Shown here: positions 1 through 10,453 of the stretch, piece after piece | How the letters are laid out: every line of letters starts with the position of its first letter | Position numbering within the stretch: the stretch's first letter is position 1 | Source of the DNA: Candidatus Bathyarchaeota archaeon | GTDB lineage: Archaea; Thermoproteota; Bathyarchaeia; Bathyarchaeales; Bathycorpusculaceae | Reading direction: 5' to 3' | Length of the DNA stretch: 64,000 bases | Assembly (NCBI GenBank): GCA_963775925.1 | Contig: CAVZKK010000012.1 | Span: forward strand, 36,390-100,389 | Position numbers and translations under genes: made by a program | The notes under the pieces: generated by a model | Database searches by the model: none | The model's input: the letters and a program-made list of their open reading frames with translations, nothing else | What the model was told of the DNA's origin: nothing

Positions 1-576
1 AAAGACAAGCAAGGAAACGAGTTGGCAATTAAGATTTACTTGACTCTTTCAGCAGAGTTCCGCAAGGGCATGCTTAAGTATATTGAAGGCGACCCGAGAT
101 TCAAGAGCGTAAGACGCGACACACGCTCGCTAATCTTTGCATGGGCTCAAAAAGAATTCAAAAACTTAGAACAAGCAACAGTCGCAAAAGTGAGAGTGCC
201 AAAACCCATAGCCGTGAAAAATAACGTGCTCATAATGGAGTTCATCGGTAAAAACGGCGTGAGTGCTCCATCGATGAAGGAACAGGTGCCAAAAAATCCT
301 GAAAAGATCTACGAAACCCTCCTGACCTATTTGAGGAGGCTTTACATTAAGGCTGAGCTTGTCCACGGAGACGTGAGCGAATACAATGTCATGATTTGGA
401 AGGGCCGCCCAATACTCTTCGATATATCACAGGCTGTTCCGCTTTCGCATCCTATGGCGGGTTTCCTTTTGCATAGAGATTTAATAAACGTGAATAGATT
501 TTTTAGCAAGTTAGGCGTTAATGTTCCACCAGTTGAAGAATGTTATAAGAAGGTTACAGGTCATGGCAAGGGCTAG
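1..576 (+). CDS. RIO-type serine/threonine protein kinase, C-terminal part (gene starts upstream of the window)
   Basis: The reading frame is open from base 1. The motif LVHGDVSEYNVMI...ILFDISQAV matches the RIO kinase catalytic loop and metal-binding loop. It sits directly upstream of a KH-domain gene, as is usual in archaea. Confidence 0.7.
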   Translation, partial: KDKQGNELAIKIYLTLSAEFRKGMLKYIEGDPRFKSVRRDTRSLIFAWAQKEFKNLEQATVAKVRVPKPIAVKNNVLIMEFIGKNGVSAPSMKEQVPKNPEKIYETLLTYLRRLYIKAELVHGDVSEYNVMIWKGRPILFDISQAVPLSHPMAGFLLHRDLINVNRFFSKLGVNVPPVEECYKKVTGHGKG

Positions 577-1144
577 CACATTTCTAAGAATCCCAAAAGA
601 GCGTGTAGGAGTTTTAATAGGGCCCGAAGGAAAAACCAAGAAGAGCATCGAAGAAAAGCTTTTGGTTGAGATCCAAATAGACAGCGAAACGGGTGGTGTT
701 ACAGTTATGCTGGCTGAAAAAGCCGAGGACCCATCTTTACTTTTTAGGGTAAAAGATGTCGTAACAGCCATTGGAAGAGGCTTTTCCCCAGAGCATGCTT
801 TCCGCTTAATCCGTGATGAAGAAGCTATGCTAGATGTTATTGATTTGCGTCTTATTTTTGGAAAGTCTGAATCCGATGTTAGACGCGTTAAAGGGCGAAT
901 AATTGGGATGAATGGTAAAACCCGCAGAATAATCGAGGAATTAACCGACACAAACATGTGCGTCTATGGACACACGGTCAGTATTATTGGAAACATTGAA
1001 CAAGCACAGGTAGCGAGAGAGGCCATCCAAATGTTGATTAACGGAAGCCTGCACAGCACCGTTTATCGTTTTCTCCACAGAAAACGAAGAGAACTCAAAA
1101 AGAAAATGCTGGAACTCTGGGAAAAACCTCCAGAAGAGAAATAG
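563..1144 (+). CDS. KH-domain RNA-binding protein with two KH domains (archaeal Dim2/Pno1-like)
   Basis: Two GxxG KH loops are present (IGPEGKTKK and IGMNGKTRR). The internal start MARAST at 563 is more plausible than the ORF-track start at 521. It is the neighbour of the RIO kinase. Confidence 0.6.
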   Translation: MARASTFLRIPKERVGVLIGPEGKTKKSIEEKLLVEIQIDSETGGVTVMLAEKAEDPSLLFRVKDVVTAIGRGFSPEHAFRLIRDEEAMLDVIDLRLIFGKSESDVRRVKGRIIGMNGKTRRIIEELTDTNMCVYGHTVSIIGNIEQAQVAREAIQMLINGSLHSTVYRFLHRKRRELKKKMLELWEKPPEEK

Positions 1145-1258
1145 AAAACATGCCTATATTCGAGGAAATAAATGGAAAGATAAAAAAGGGCAAGAGAAGC
1201 TCTCAAGTCAATTGACTATGTTGCAGAGAATGTTTCGGCACAAGAATTCCACGATTAT

Positions 1259-1618
1259 ATGACTGGCGAAATATTCTCCGAGGACACAACCACATTGCAA
1301 GATGTTCTGGGCAACGAGTTTCTGATGGTACATGAACTATCAGAGATGAGCGAGCTGAAAAAGATGGGAAGACACATAGACAAGCGAGTAATTGTAGATT
1401 CACCTAAAACTGTAATTTACGAAGCTCATTTCAAAGCCATGGAATTAGAGCTTGAATATGCCCTGTTTAAGAAGGATTATTTTTGGATTAAAGTTCGATT
1501 GAAACAGCATAAAGAATCCGTCTTAGAAGATGACCCGAACCTTCCTGAATCGCTAAGGCCCAGAGGCGAGGAAATATTCCATAAATTCAATAACTTGGTG
1601 AAAAATCGTAATATATGA
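1259..1618 (+). CDS. Hypothetical protein, possibly 5'-truncated by a frameshift at an A6 run near 1182-1187
   Basis: ORF of 119 aa. A short upstream ORF (MPIFEEINGKIKKGKR, from 1150) would join it in frame if one A were removed from the A6 run. Confidence 0.35.
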   Translation: MTGEIFSEDTTTLQDVLGNEFLMVHELSEMSELKKMGRHIDKRVIVDSPKTVIYEAHFKAMELELEYALFKKDYFWIKVRLKQHKESVLEDDPNLPESLRPRGEEIFHKFNNLVKNRNI

Positions 1619-1629
1619 CCAACATAGCT

Positions 1630-1647
1630 GTATACAAAAGCATCAAC
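1630..1647 (+). repeat. 18-mer GTATACAAAAGCATCAAC, copy 1 of 3
   Basis: Exact 18/18 match to 6813-6830 and to the reverse complement of 6541-6558. Confidence 0.6.
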
Positions 1648-1834
1648 GAAAATCCAATTTTTCGTTTCGTTCGCAGGATGCAATTGATAAGAATCGATTT
1701 TCAACAATTTTACTAAGCGGCGGGCTCTCCGCACTCAAGATCCCAATCATTTTGGGTTCAGCGGGGCCAAAGTCGTCATCGCCCACCATGCAAAATTGAT
1801 TTAGACTTAAATAAAAAGCTATAGCCATTCTAAA

Positions 1835-2801
1835 GTGTTGAAAAATATGCTGAATTATATTCGCATTGTTCCGTTGGCTGCTGAAAGTCTAGGTGTTAGG
1901 TCCATGTGCACTTATGTTGAAACTTCAGATTTGAAAATCCTTTTAGATGCTGGGGTTTCGCTTTGTCCAAGCCGTTTCCGTTTGCCTCCGCATCCAATTG
2001 AATTTAAAGCTATAGACGAGGCTCGTAGAAGAATTGCCGAAGCCGCCGAGAGAGCCGAAATTGGGACGTTGAGCCATTACCATTTTGACCACCATACGCC
2101 TTCTTATGAAGACTGGCTGTGCAATTGGACAGCAGCAAATCAAACTGCAAGACAAATCTACGAAGGAAAAAACGTTCTGATAAAAAATCCAAAGGAAAAC
2201 ATCAATTATAGCCAACGAAGAAGGGGATGGCTGTTCCAAAAAACAGGCGGAAAATATGCAGAAAAACTTGAAATTGCCGATGGCAAGACCTTCATTTTTG
2301 GAAAAGATACAAAAGTCAAGTTTTCAGAACCAGTCTTCCATGGGCCAGAAAATTCAGTCTTAGGATGGGTTCTAATGACGACTATTGAGTACAAAGGTGA
2401 AAAATTTATGTTTGCACCAGATGTGCAAGGTCCCGATGTCAAATAGAACACTTGAAATAATTAATGAGGAAAAGCCTCAACTGATAATGATGGGTGGACC
2501 ACCGTTGTATTTGTCTGGATTTAGGGTTGACGAGAATCAAATCAAAGCAGGATTAAATAATCTAGAAAAAGTTGTAAAGATTGTGCCAAATGTCATTTTG
2601 GAACATCACATATTAAGGGATGATAATTGGCGAGATAATATAAAAAATGTTTTTGATGTGGCTGATGAAGTTGGATGCAAAATTTTAACGGTTGCAGAAT
2701 TCTTGAGTAAAGAAAATGCTTTTCTGGCAAAATTGCCGAGAATGGGAAAACTGGCCTTTTTCTTTGCATGTTTGAAGTGGACTCCCAATAAGGTATTTTA
2801 G
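1835..2801 (+). CDS. Metallo-beta-lactamase-fold protein (UPF0282-like), split by a frameshift near 2436
   Basis: HYHFDHH metal-binding motif. The two track ORFs (1835-2446 and 2385-2801) join naturally as ...FAPDVQGP / MSNRTLEIINEEKPQLIMMGGPP. Confidence 0.5.
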
Positions 2802-2878
2802 GGCTTTCAAGCTTTTAACTTTGACTTTTAAAATGAAAAAGTAGTTCTAGGTTCTAAAAACACATGCGTTGTATGGAG

Positions 2879-2952
2879 GGCCGAGGCCGGGATTTGAACC
2901 CGGGCGCTAGGCTCCACAGGCCTATAGGCTACCAAGCTACCTCACCTCGGCC
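2879..2952 (-). tRNA. tRNA-His (anticodon GUG) with a genomically encoded extra 5' G-1; CCA not encoded
   Basis: I folded it by hand as a cloverleaf. Acceptor stem GCCGAGG/CCUCGGC with an extra 5' G opposite the discriminator C. D stem AGGU/GCCU. Anticodon stem UAGGC/GCCUA. Anticodon loop CUGUGGA. T stem CCGGG/CCCGG with loop UUCAAAU. Confidence 0.85.
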
Positions 2953-3122
2953 ACTTCTATTTTGTTCCAGCTACTCTTGAGAATATCTATCGTATTTATT
3001 TGCGTTTTCTAAGAATGCCCTACTTATTTTTCTCTCTTTCCCTCCTTGAAAAGTCAATTTTGCGGGGGTTAAGCCTTTAATAGAAAAGCTGCAATTCTAC
3101 AAGACAAAAAGGCTGAATCAAA

Positions 3123-4313
3123 TTGGGACAATCGAAGAAAAACAGTCAACTCGCCCTATTAGGAGCCGCACACTCATTCAACCATTCACTGTTTCTTATC
3201 GCGTCGCCTTTGCTATATATTATACTTCCAAGTTTGGGTGTTACAAACACCGAAATAGGCTTAGTGACGATGATTGCATCTTTCATATATGGCGCTGGAG
3301 CGCTACTGGGCGGGCCTTTAGGCGATAAAATCGGAGAAGCAAAAACAATCACCATATGCCTCGCCTTCTCAGGACTCTCCACACTTATCATGCTTGCTGC
3401 AGGATTGACAACAAGCATTTTCGTTTATGCTTTAGCGTTAGTTTCAATGGCTGTCTGGGCAAGCCTTTATCATCCAACAGCAAATTCTTTGATCTCAAAA
3501 TCTTTCAAGGGCAGAGTTTCTGAAGCCATGGGCTTGCACGGCGTAGGCGGAACATTAGGAATTGTATTAACCCCTACCGTAGCATGGTTTTCGGCGCAAC
3601 TTTCGGATGGCCTTGGGCTTTCGTTGCTTTCGGCTTATTATCCGTCCTACTTGCTTTTTTTTTGTTAAGAATTTTGGCAAGAGCAAGACGGAAACACCAG
3701 TGGCGGATCAATAATTGATGCTTTGAAGATCCGTGAACTCTGGATACTGTTGATTTTCAATGTAGCAATAGGGCTTTTCATGAAAGGCGTAGAGTTATAT
3801 TTTCCAACATATCTCCAAGACCAATAAGCTGATTGGTCTTGGCCTCACTAAGGAAGAGCGTGGCATGTGGGCTTCCATAGCTTACACTTTGTTTTAGCCG
3901 TCGGCGTACCTGCTCAATGGATTGGCGGAAAAACCGCTGACAAGTTTGGCTCCAAAAAAGTTTTAATAGCCACTTCGGTAGGCGTTTGCCTTGGCCTTCT
4001 TTCTATTCTACTTTTTCCAGTCGGCATTATTGGAATAGCCCTATTCATCCTTCTATATGGCTTATCTTTCTATGCACACCAACCCGCATTAAACTCCCTC
4101 ACCGGCTTCTGTTGCCCAGAAAACCAGCGAGGAGCAGTTTACGGCATATTCTTCTTCACATCCTTTGGCATAGGCTCCCTTTCGCAGTCCATAGCAGGAT
4201 ACGTAGCTGACAATTACGGCGGCTTAGACACAGCATTCTACATGTTAACAGGTTTCGCCTTAGCTGCTTTGCTTCTGGCTCTTAAGCTTCCAAAAAGAAG
4301 AGAAAGCAAGTGA
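3123..4313 (+). CDS. MFS-family transporter, interrupted (frameshift or stop) in the 3660-3870 region, which includes a T10 run
   Basis: Two ORFs (3123-3668 and 3867-4313) each encode about six transmembrane helices with MFS-like glycine-rich loops. Together they give about 400 aa, typical for MFS. Confidence 0.5.
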
Positions 4314-4717
4314 TCTTTTAACCGAACATCAACGAAGCTTATAAATACATAAATTCATTAGCCAATTTTTTGCTATCAGCGACAAAATCACAGCAGAAGA
4401 CATGGCGAGATAATGTTAAAGCAGAAATGGAAACTCGGAGAATATTAAAACCTCTCAAATGTAGCAAATGCAGCAAAGATTACATTATCTCTGGGCACGA
4501 AAAATGAGCGAATGTACCGATTTTACAAGCAAAATTTAAAAACTGTCATAAGGCATGTAGCGTAAAAGCATGAAAAGTTAAATCCAATCATAGCAGGTAA
4601 GATGTCATTGACAGATGAAATACGAACTTTCCATTTTCCACGCAACTGAAGACGAAGATAGTAGAGTGGATGAAAAATAACTTATCTAAATTGAGCTAGT
4701 CCTAGGTTGGAGCGCAT

Positions 4718-5440
4718 TTAGCCAAAAAAGTAGTTAATGATGCCGTGGAGGATCTTTACATGTACTTCTCTTTTCAATCGTAGCTTTGACGAACGAGATT
4801 TCCATGCTGGAAGCCCTTTAATTGGAAGGTCGCCTATTCTAATTATTCCAACTGCTTTCTTATTGTAATGATTTGCTAATGCATATAGCACCGAAAGCTC
4901 CATGTCAACCGATAGAACACCTTGTTTCTGTAAGTTTGTTAAGAGAAGCTTCGTCTCCGAAAGAAAGAACGGCACTGTTGCGTGAACTCCGCTATGGACT
5001 TTTACTCCGAGCTTTCCAACTGTCTTTCTAATTTCGCTTTTTAGTTCTCTCTCTAGCTGACGATCGGCATTTGCTGGGGCTTCAGGCGGCAAAAATATTT
5101 CTAGCACTTTGCCGAGTCTGATGCATGAAGGCGGTATATTAATGTCTGCACTTTTTACATGTTCGCCTATTCCACCGCCTGTTCCAACAAATATTATTTC
5201 TTCTACGGTTCTGCAATGGCATAGAATGTAGCTCGAATCTGCAAAATTCGATGCACCCATACCTCCCTCGGAAAACAGAACTTGCCTGTTACCCTTTGAA
5301 ACCAAGAAACTATTGCCAACCTTATCAAAAATCAATCCTTCTCTAGTAATGGCAACTTGAAAGCCCTCAAAAAAATCCTCAACCTTAAGAGGCGTTATCA
5401 CTATCCTCGCAGGTATAGATTCTGGTTTAAGACCAAACAC
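4718..5440 (-). CDS. Purine nucleoside / 5'-methylthioadenosine phosphorylase (PNP/UDP family)
   Basis: Characteristic PNP/UDP-family segments such as FVGTGGGIGE and DMELSVLYALA. Length 240 aa. Confidence 0.7.
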   Translation of the reverse strand: MFGLKPESIPARIVITPLKVEDFFEGFQVAITREGLIFDKVGNSFLVSKGNRQVLFSEGGMGASNFADSSYILCHCRTVEEIIFVGTGGGIGEHVKSADINIPPSCIRLGKVLEIFLPPEAPANADRQLERELKSEIRKTVGKLGVKVHSGVHATVPFFLSETKLLLTNLQKQGVLSVDMELSVLYALANHYNKKAVGIIRIGDLPIKGLPAWKSRSSKLRLKREVHVKILHGIINYFFG

Positions 5441-5493
5441 ATTTTGTGCAGCCCCACTTAAGCGTCTCGCTTCCTAACTCTCCATAAGCCATT

Positions 5494-5910
5494 CTAGTGT
5501 TCACCAATTACCTGGATGATGACTGTTCTTCTTCTTGGGTGCACGTCTGTTTCCACAAAGACCAGCGATTGCCATGTTCCAAACTCTACGCGGCCATCAA
5601 TCACTGGCATGGTTTTGTCTGGTGGCAGGAGCACAGACCTCAGATGGGCGTGGGCGTTAGAAGGATGTGTATATGCACCGTGTTTTGGGATTATTTCTTC
5701 AAGGAAAGCCTTAATGTCGTTTAACAGGCCGTATTCGCTTTCTGTTAAAATGAGGATACCTGTTGCATGAGGAGCGAATACATGGACTAAACCGTTTTTT
5801 ATGCCTGATTGAGAAACTGTTTCTTGAACTTTATCTGTTAGGTCTATGAAGTCTATTTCGCCTTTTGTGGAGAAGCTGTAGCTTGTGTTAAAAACTTTAA
5901 AGCCTGACAT
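5494..5910 (-). CDS. YjbQ/UPF0047-family protein (secondary thiamine-phosphate synthase-like)
   Basis: 138 aa with YjbQ signature segments LVHVFAPHATGILILTE and RVEFGTWQSLVFVE. Confidence 0.7.
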   Translation of the reverse strand: MSGFKVFNTSYSFSTKGEIDFIDLTDKVQETVSQSGIKNGLVHVFAPHATGILILTESEYGLLNDIKAFLEEIIPKHGAYTHPSNAHAHLRSVLLPPDKTMPVIDGRVEFGTWQSLVFVETDVHPRRRTVIIQVIGEH

Positions 5911-5916
5911 AGGCTT

Positions 5917-6465
5917 TCACTCCAACACTTTAGTCAATATAATTTCATCTATGTACTTGCCTTCTTTGAAATGTTTTTTCGGAATAGTGCCAGTCTGCAC
6001 AAACCCAACTTTCTCGTAAACATGAATCGCGGATTTGTTGGTTGCAAAAGCTGAAAGCGTCAAAACCTTCAAACCCATTTTTTGAGCTTGTTCAACCAAA
6101 GCATTCATAATCTCTGTTCCAATGCCCAAATCCCTGAAACCGTTTCTAATGGCTATACCTATTACGCCAACATGTTTCTCATAACCGCCTCGTATACTAA
6201 TTTCGGAAACTGCAACAACTTTTCCATCTACTTCGGCAACCAAGTAAAACATCTCATCCTTTTCTAAGCGGCTAAGCACCTTAGACAAGAAGTCAATTTC
6301 CTCCTCCCTCGAAACCCTCTCAGCTCTGAGAATGTCCGCACCTTCATCCACAAGCGAATTAATAATCTCCAGAAAATCGTCCAAGTCCTCCCACTTTGGC
6401 GTCCTCAAAACAACTTTACGCCCGTCCTTAGCAAAGAAGCTCCGAACAATTTTCTCAGACTTCAT
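5917..6465 (-). CDS. GNAT-family N-acetyltransferase
   Basis: 182 aa. Acetyl-CoA binding region (GIAIRNGFRDLGIGTEIM) and overall GNAT layout. Confidence 0.7.
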   Translation of the reverse strand: MKSEKIVRSFFAKDGRKVVLRTPKWEDLDDFLEIINSLVDEGADILRAERVSREEEIDFLSKVLSRLEKDEMFYLVAEVDGKVVAVSEISIRGGYEKHVGVIGIAIRNGFRDLGIGTEIMNALVEQAQKMGLKVLTLSAFATNKSAIHVYEKVGFVQTGTIPKKHFKEGKYIDEIILTKVLE

Positions 6466-6540
6466 AACTACTACTACGCCCTAAACACTTTAATACTTTT
6501 ACAACTTCCAGCCCTACACCAGCCTAAAACACGGAACTGC

Positions 6541-6558
6541 GTTGATGCTTTTGTATAC
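6541..6558 (-). repeat. 18-mer GTATACAAAAGCATCAAC, copy 2 of 3 (inverted)
   Basis: The plus strand reads gttgatgcttttgtatac. Confidence 0.6.
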
Positions 6559-6812
6559 GGCAACCTAAGGCGTGATTGCTGGAAAGCGATGGTGAAACAT
6601 ATTTTTGGCAAGTAATACCAATACCACCAGAATCACCAGAAAGTAAAAACTCAACTTAAACAAGTCAGAAATATTAACCATTTAGCCTACATAGACAGAA
6701 CAACTTCACACAGTCATAGAAAATAAGCCAGAAAAACAGCCATTCATAAACATCAATTTTCACGCCCAAACTTGGTGAGAACTCTTTCAAGGGCTAAAGC
6801 AAACGATAAACC

Positions 6813-6830
6813 GTATACAAAAGCATCAAC
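6813..6830 (+). repeat. 18-mer GTATACAAAAGCATCAAC, copy 3 of 3
   Basis: Shares a 20-mer (CCGTATACAAAAGCATCAAC) with the inverted copy at 6541-6560. Confidence 0.6.
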
Positions 6831-6970
6831 AAAAGCCACAAAAACCTATCCTTCCACTAAGGACATTGTCTGACAAAACAAAAACTCACACACAAGACAA
6901 ATCTATACAGAGCCTAAAATTTAGCAACTGAAACCCTTAACTAACCAAGCATTCGAAACAAAGTTCAACC

Positions 6971-6989
6971 TATATATAAGGGGGTCTAG
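6971..6989 (+). promoter_or_regulatory. TATATATAAGGGGGTCTAG motif (TATA-like plus G-run plus CTAG), copy 1 of 3
   Basis: The reverse complement recurs at 30635-30653 and, as a variant, at 30711-30733. All three lie in intergenic DNA. Confidence 0.4.
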
Positions 6990-7449
6990 TCACCGCAGAG
7001 CAACAAAGGCAAATCATCAAAAACATTTCCAGAGTTGCGATAACAAAAACTGAGAAAACGTTCAAAAGTTCGAAGGATTTTCGAAAGCAGAAGCCTTTAC
7101 CTTCGTATGGAGATTTTCGAGGGTTTTTATATGAGGCCCCAGTGAAGTCCATGCCTTGGGTTAATCGGCAAAACATAAAAGCCGAAACTGAGCTTTTTTC
7201 CTAATTTTAAGCTTGAATTAAGCCTTAAGATTTTGAGTTTTAGGGAGAGGGATGCTGGAAATTTTAAGTGGGGTTAAGTTCGAATGAAAACAAACTAAAA
7301 TAATGAAGAATACAATGAAAGAAGATATAAGAGAGGTTAGAATTGGAAAAAAGGCACATCGAAATTTTTTCAGAATGTAACGTATGTTATTGGTTTTTGC
7401 ATATTGTCAATTTTGAAATAACCTCTATAATAATTCACGGCTATGAGTT

Positions 7450-9738
7450 TTGAGTGAGGATATGCAGAAGGCACAATTCAAGGTGTCATGTTTGCCCTTC
7501 GACCCTTTTGGAAACGATGTCGAGATGCTTGAAAGAAATGTTAATGGTAGAAAGGTTAGGATAAAGTGGGATTGGGGAAATTTTAAAAGCACCGAACGCT
7601 TTCCGGTTGATGACAATCTCATAAACTGGGTTATCGGGCAGGAACAAGCCCTAAAAGAGTGCTTTTTATGCCTTGACGAGTGGGTGTACAAGCTAAATTG
7701 GCTTGAAAAAACAAAATGGTACGAGAATTGGAGCAGCCCAGATAAGCCCAAAACATCACCCAAAACGGCGATAAGCCCAGGACCATATCTTCTTCTTTTG
7801 GGAGACCCTGGAACAGGCAAATCATTAATCGGCAGAGCCCTAGCCGAAAAACTCACCCAAATTTACAAGGAGAACGGCTTAAAACTCTTCGATGCCTTAT
7901 GCTGGAGAAACACAGCGTTGCCAAGCCAACCTAAAATCTCAATTCATGGTGCCGGTGAAGGAAAAAAAATTCAGCAAAAGGAACAGTTTAAAGAACTTAA
8001 AAGAAAATTCATTACAAAGATAGGCCTCAAAGCCTTACAAGCCTTTCTTTTGCTAATCGGTCTATTTCTAATATCTTTAGGTTTTTACTTCATGTATCAG
8101 ACTTGGCAAACTTGGGAAGCAAACTCCATGTTTTTAGGAGAACCCCTCCAAGACTACTACAATCACAACTTCTTAGACTATCTTATCGGAAAATTCGTTA
8201 CTTTAGTACCCTTAACCTTCATTCCAGGAGGAAGCCTAATCTTCTTCGGCGTTTTCATCTGGTGGTTCTCTAAACTTGGCGGTTTAGGAAACCTAAAAGG
8301 CATCGGCGGCGCCCAGCAAACAGATGTACCAAAACTAGTAGTTGACAACAGTTCTGGACACACGCCTTTCGTAGACGCAACCGGACATGGAAGCGCTCAA
8401 CTTTTCGGTTCAATAGCTTGGGACCCATATCAGACCGGCGGCTTAGGCACTCCAGAACACCAAAGAGTTAGCGCCGGAGACGCTCACAGAGCATCATTGG
8501 GAATCTTATACATTGATGAAATAAAGAATCTTGACCCGGACGAGGCTGTGACGCTTTTAACAGTGCTTGAAGACGGACAATTGCCTATTACTTTGAGGGG
8601 CAAGATGGCACGGCGGAGACACAGCAGCCATGGCTGTCTCAACAGAGCCAGCGCCAGCCATAACATTCCTTGTAGGTGCTGGAAACTTTGACAGCATAGG
8701 CCAAATTCACCCAGCCTTGATGGACCGCATTTACGGTTATGGTAAAGTTGTTAGAATGAATAATGACATGCCTAACACTGTGGAAAACAGGCGTAAATAT
8801 GTGCAGTTCATAGCGTCAAGAAGTTAAACGTTTCAACCTTGTCCCCTTCAATAGAGAAGCATGCGAAGAAATAGTGGAAGAGGGCAGACGGAGAAGCGAC
8901 AAAAAAGATGCTTTAACAACGAAGTTTAGACCATTGATTTCGATTATTAAAACAGCCGCAACCCTCGCAATGAACGAAGGATGCAAAGTTGTTGAGAAGA
9001 GGCATGTTCGAGAAGCCATAGAAAATCACTGCAAAACAATCCAAAGACAAATCCTGGAGCATGAAATTAGCGAGAGGGGTAAACTCTTGGAAATAACGCC
9101 AAAAGGCGTTAAGCTTGGACAAATTTATGGTTTAGCTGTTGTCCGTGATCCCATACAGTGGAGAAATGACTGGAAACGTCTTATGCGTAAACGCCCACAT
9201 GTCCAAGAGAAGCGAACTTCCAAGAAACTACTCATTCAAAGGTTACTATAAAGTGACTGGTGTGGCCAAGGGTCAAAGCTTCATTTCAGACAGCATAGCC
9301 AAAGTTAGAAGCGTAATCCTACAAAAATATGGAGTAGACATATCACAGGACTATTTGACGCACATTGATTTCGCCCAATCTTATGGTGTCGACGGCTCCT
9401 CAGCAGGCGTATCGATGGCCATACTGTTATGCTCACTTATTGAGGGCAAACCGATAAAGCAGGATGTGGCTGTTACTGGAGAAATAAACCTAGGCGTTGG
9501 CGATTCTATTCAAATAACCGCTGTGGGCGGCGTCTATGAGAAGATTAAGGCTGCTGAGGCTTGGGGCTTCAAGAAAGTGGTTATTCCTCAAAAGAATTTT
9601 GAACATTCCATTGATGCTAGAGACTATAAAATAGAGGTTGTGCCAGCAGCCACTTTAGACGACTATTTGAAAGAATGCTTGGTTGAGAAGCCAACCCTTA
9701 AGGTTCCGATTCAAACTTATAAGCATAGAAAACTCTAA
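7450..9738 (+). CDS. lonB: Archaeal membrane-bound ATP-dependent Lon protease (LonB), split into four frame segments
   Basis: Walker A GDPGTGKS. Two transmembrane helices inserted in the AAA domain. Sensor region ILYIDEIKNL. C-terminal S16 protease domain with catalytic DGSSAG and a downstream Lys. The segments 7450-8691, 8630-8827, 8874-9251 and 9139-9738 are collinear with LonB. Confidence 0.8.
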
Positions 9739-9806
9739 AACTTTCTAGGTTTAAAGAAAATCGATCGAGTTTAATTCTAAAAGCCTCTGGACTAGGAGAA
9801 TCATTA

Positions 9807-10448
9807 ATGGTTAGGGAAGTTGACAAGGCTGAAATTCGCCGATGGCGTAAAAGAGGTTTTTACAGCGAAAGCGCCCTTGTAAAACTTCTGACTAAAAATG
9901 GATACAACGCAGTGCGTGTTCCAGTCAGCAACCCAAGCCTCAACCCCTTGCCCGACGTTATTGCAAGAAAAGATTTGCATGTTTACGCCTTTGAGGTTAA
10001 AAACGCTAGATATTACGCTTACTTTCCAAAACAGCAAATCGAAAAACTTTTCAGATTTCTACACGAATTTATTCCCATGGAAAAACAGTACAAACATGCT
10101 GTGCTTGGCGCACATTTGGGCAAGAGATGGGTTTTCAAAGAAATGAGCTGGAAGGATTGGGAAAAGAAAGTGGTCATGCCCAAACTCAGCAAGATGGGCA
10201 ACATTAGCAAATGGTATAAAAAGGAAGGCGATGTCGTCAAGAAGGGCGAGCCTTTATTGGAAGTGACATCTGAAAACGTGTCCTGTAACTTAAAGGCGCC
10301 AGTTTCTGGTGTTCTCAAAAAAATTCTGGTGGAAGAAAGTGGTGACACACTCGCAAACACAGTTTTAGCACTCATTAGCAAAGTCCCTGAGAAAATCAGA
10401 ATTTTAAAGCGGGACAGAGGAGATTTTGATTTGAAAAAGGGAAGCTAG
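9807..10448 (+). CDS. Hjc-like Holliday-junction resolvase domain fused to a C-terminal lipoyl/biotinyl-like hybrid-barrel domain
   Basis: N-terminal approximately 110 aa align with the Hjc catalytic residues (E in YSESALVKLL, D in PDVIARK, E and K in AFEVKN). C-terminal MPKLSKMGNISKWYKKEGDVVKKGEPLLEVTSENV...APVSGVLKKILVEESGD matches a lipoyl domain, but the conserved TDKA lysine is replaced (SENV). Confidence 0.5.
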   Translation: MVREVDKAEIRRWRKRGFYSESALVKLLTKNGYNAVRVPVSNPSLNPLPDVIARKDLHVYAFEVKNARYYAYFPKQQIEKLFRFLHEFIPMEKQYKHAVLGAHLGKRWVFKEMSWKDWEKKVVMPKLSKMGNISKWYKKEGDVVKKGEPLLEVTSENVSCNLKAPVSGVLKKILVEESGDTLANTVLALISKVPEKIRILKRDRGDFDLKKGS

Positions 10449-10453
10449 CAACT

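Noticed and set aside
166-957. Antisense ORFs overlapping real genes (for example 166-366, 511-957, 1943-2239, 8816-9122, 21935-22891, 31597-32517, 62514-63273)
   Set aside because: They lie opposite well-supported genes, have low-complexity or odd composition, and have no recognisable motifs. They are classic shadow ORFs.
6970-7176. The 68-aa ORF on the minus strand inside the long intergenic region
   Set aside because: It overlaps the repeat motif, has no start context or recognisable features, and sits in strongly skewed DNA. It is more likely non-coding.
7450-9738. Calling lonB, hemL, mdh, feoB and the other split genes true pseudogenes
   Set aside because: Too many essential genes are affected, and the breaks cluster at homopolymers. 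Assembly error is the simpler explanation, so they are reported as genes with frameshift notes.
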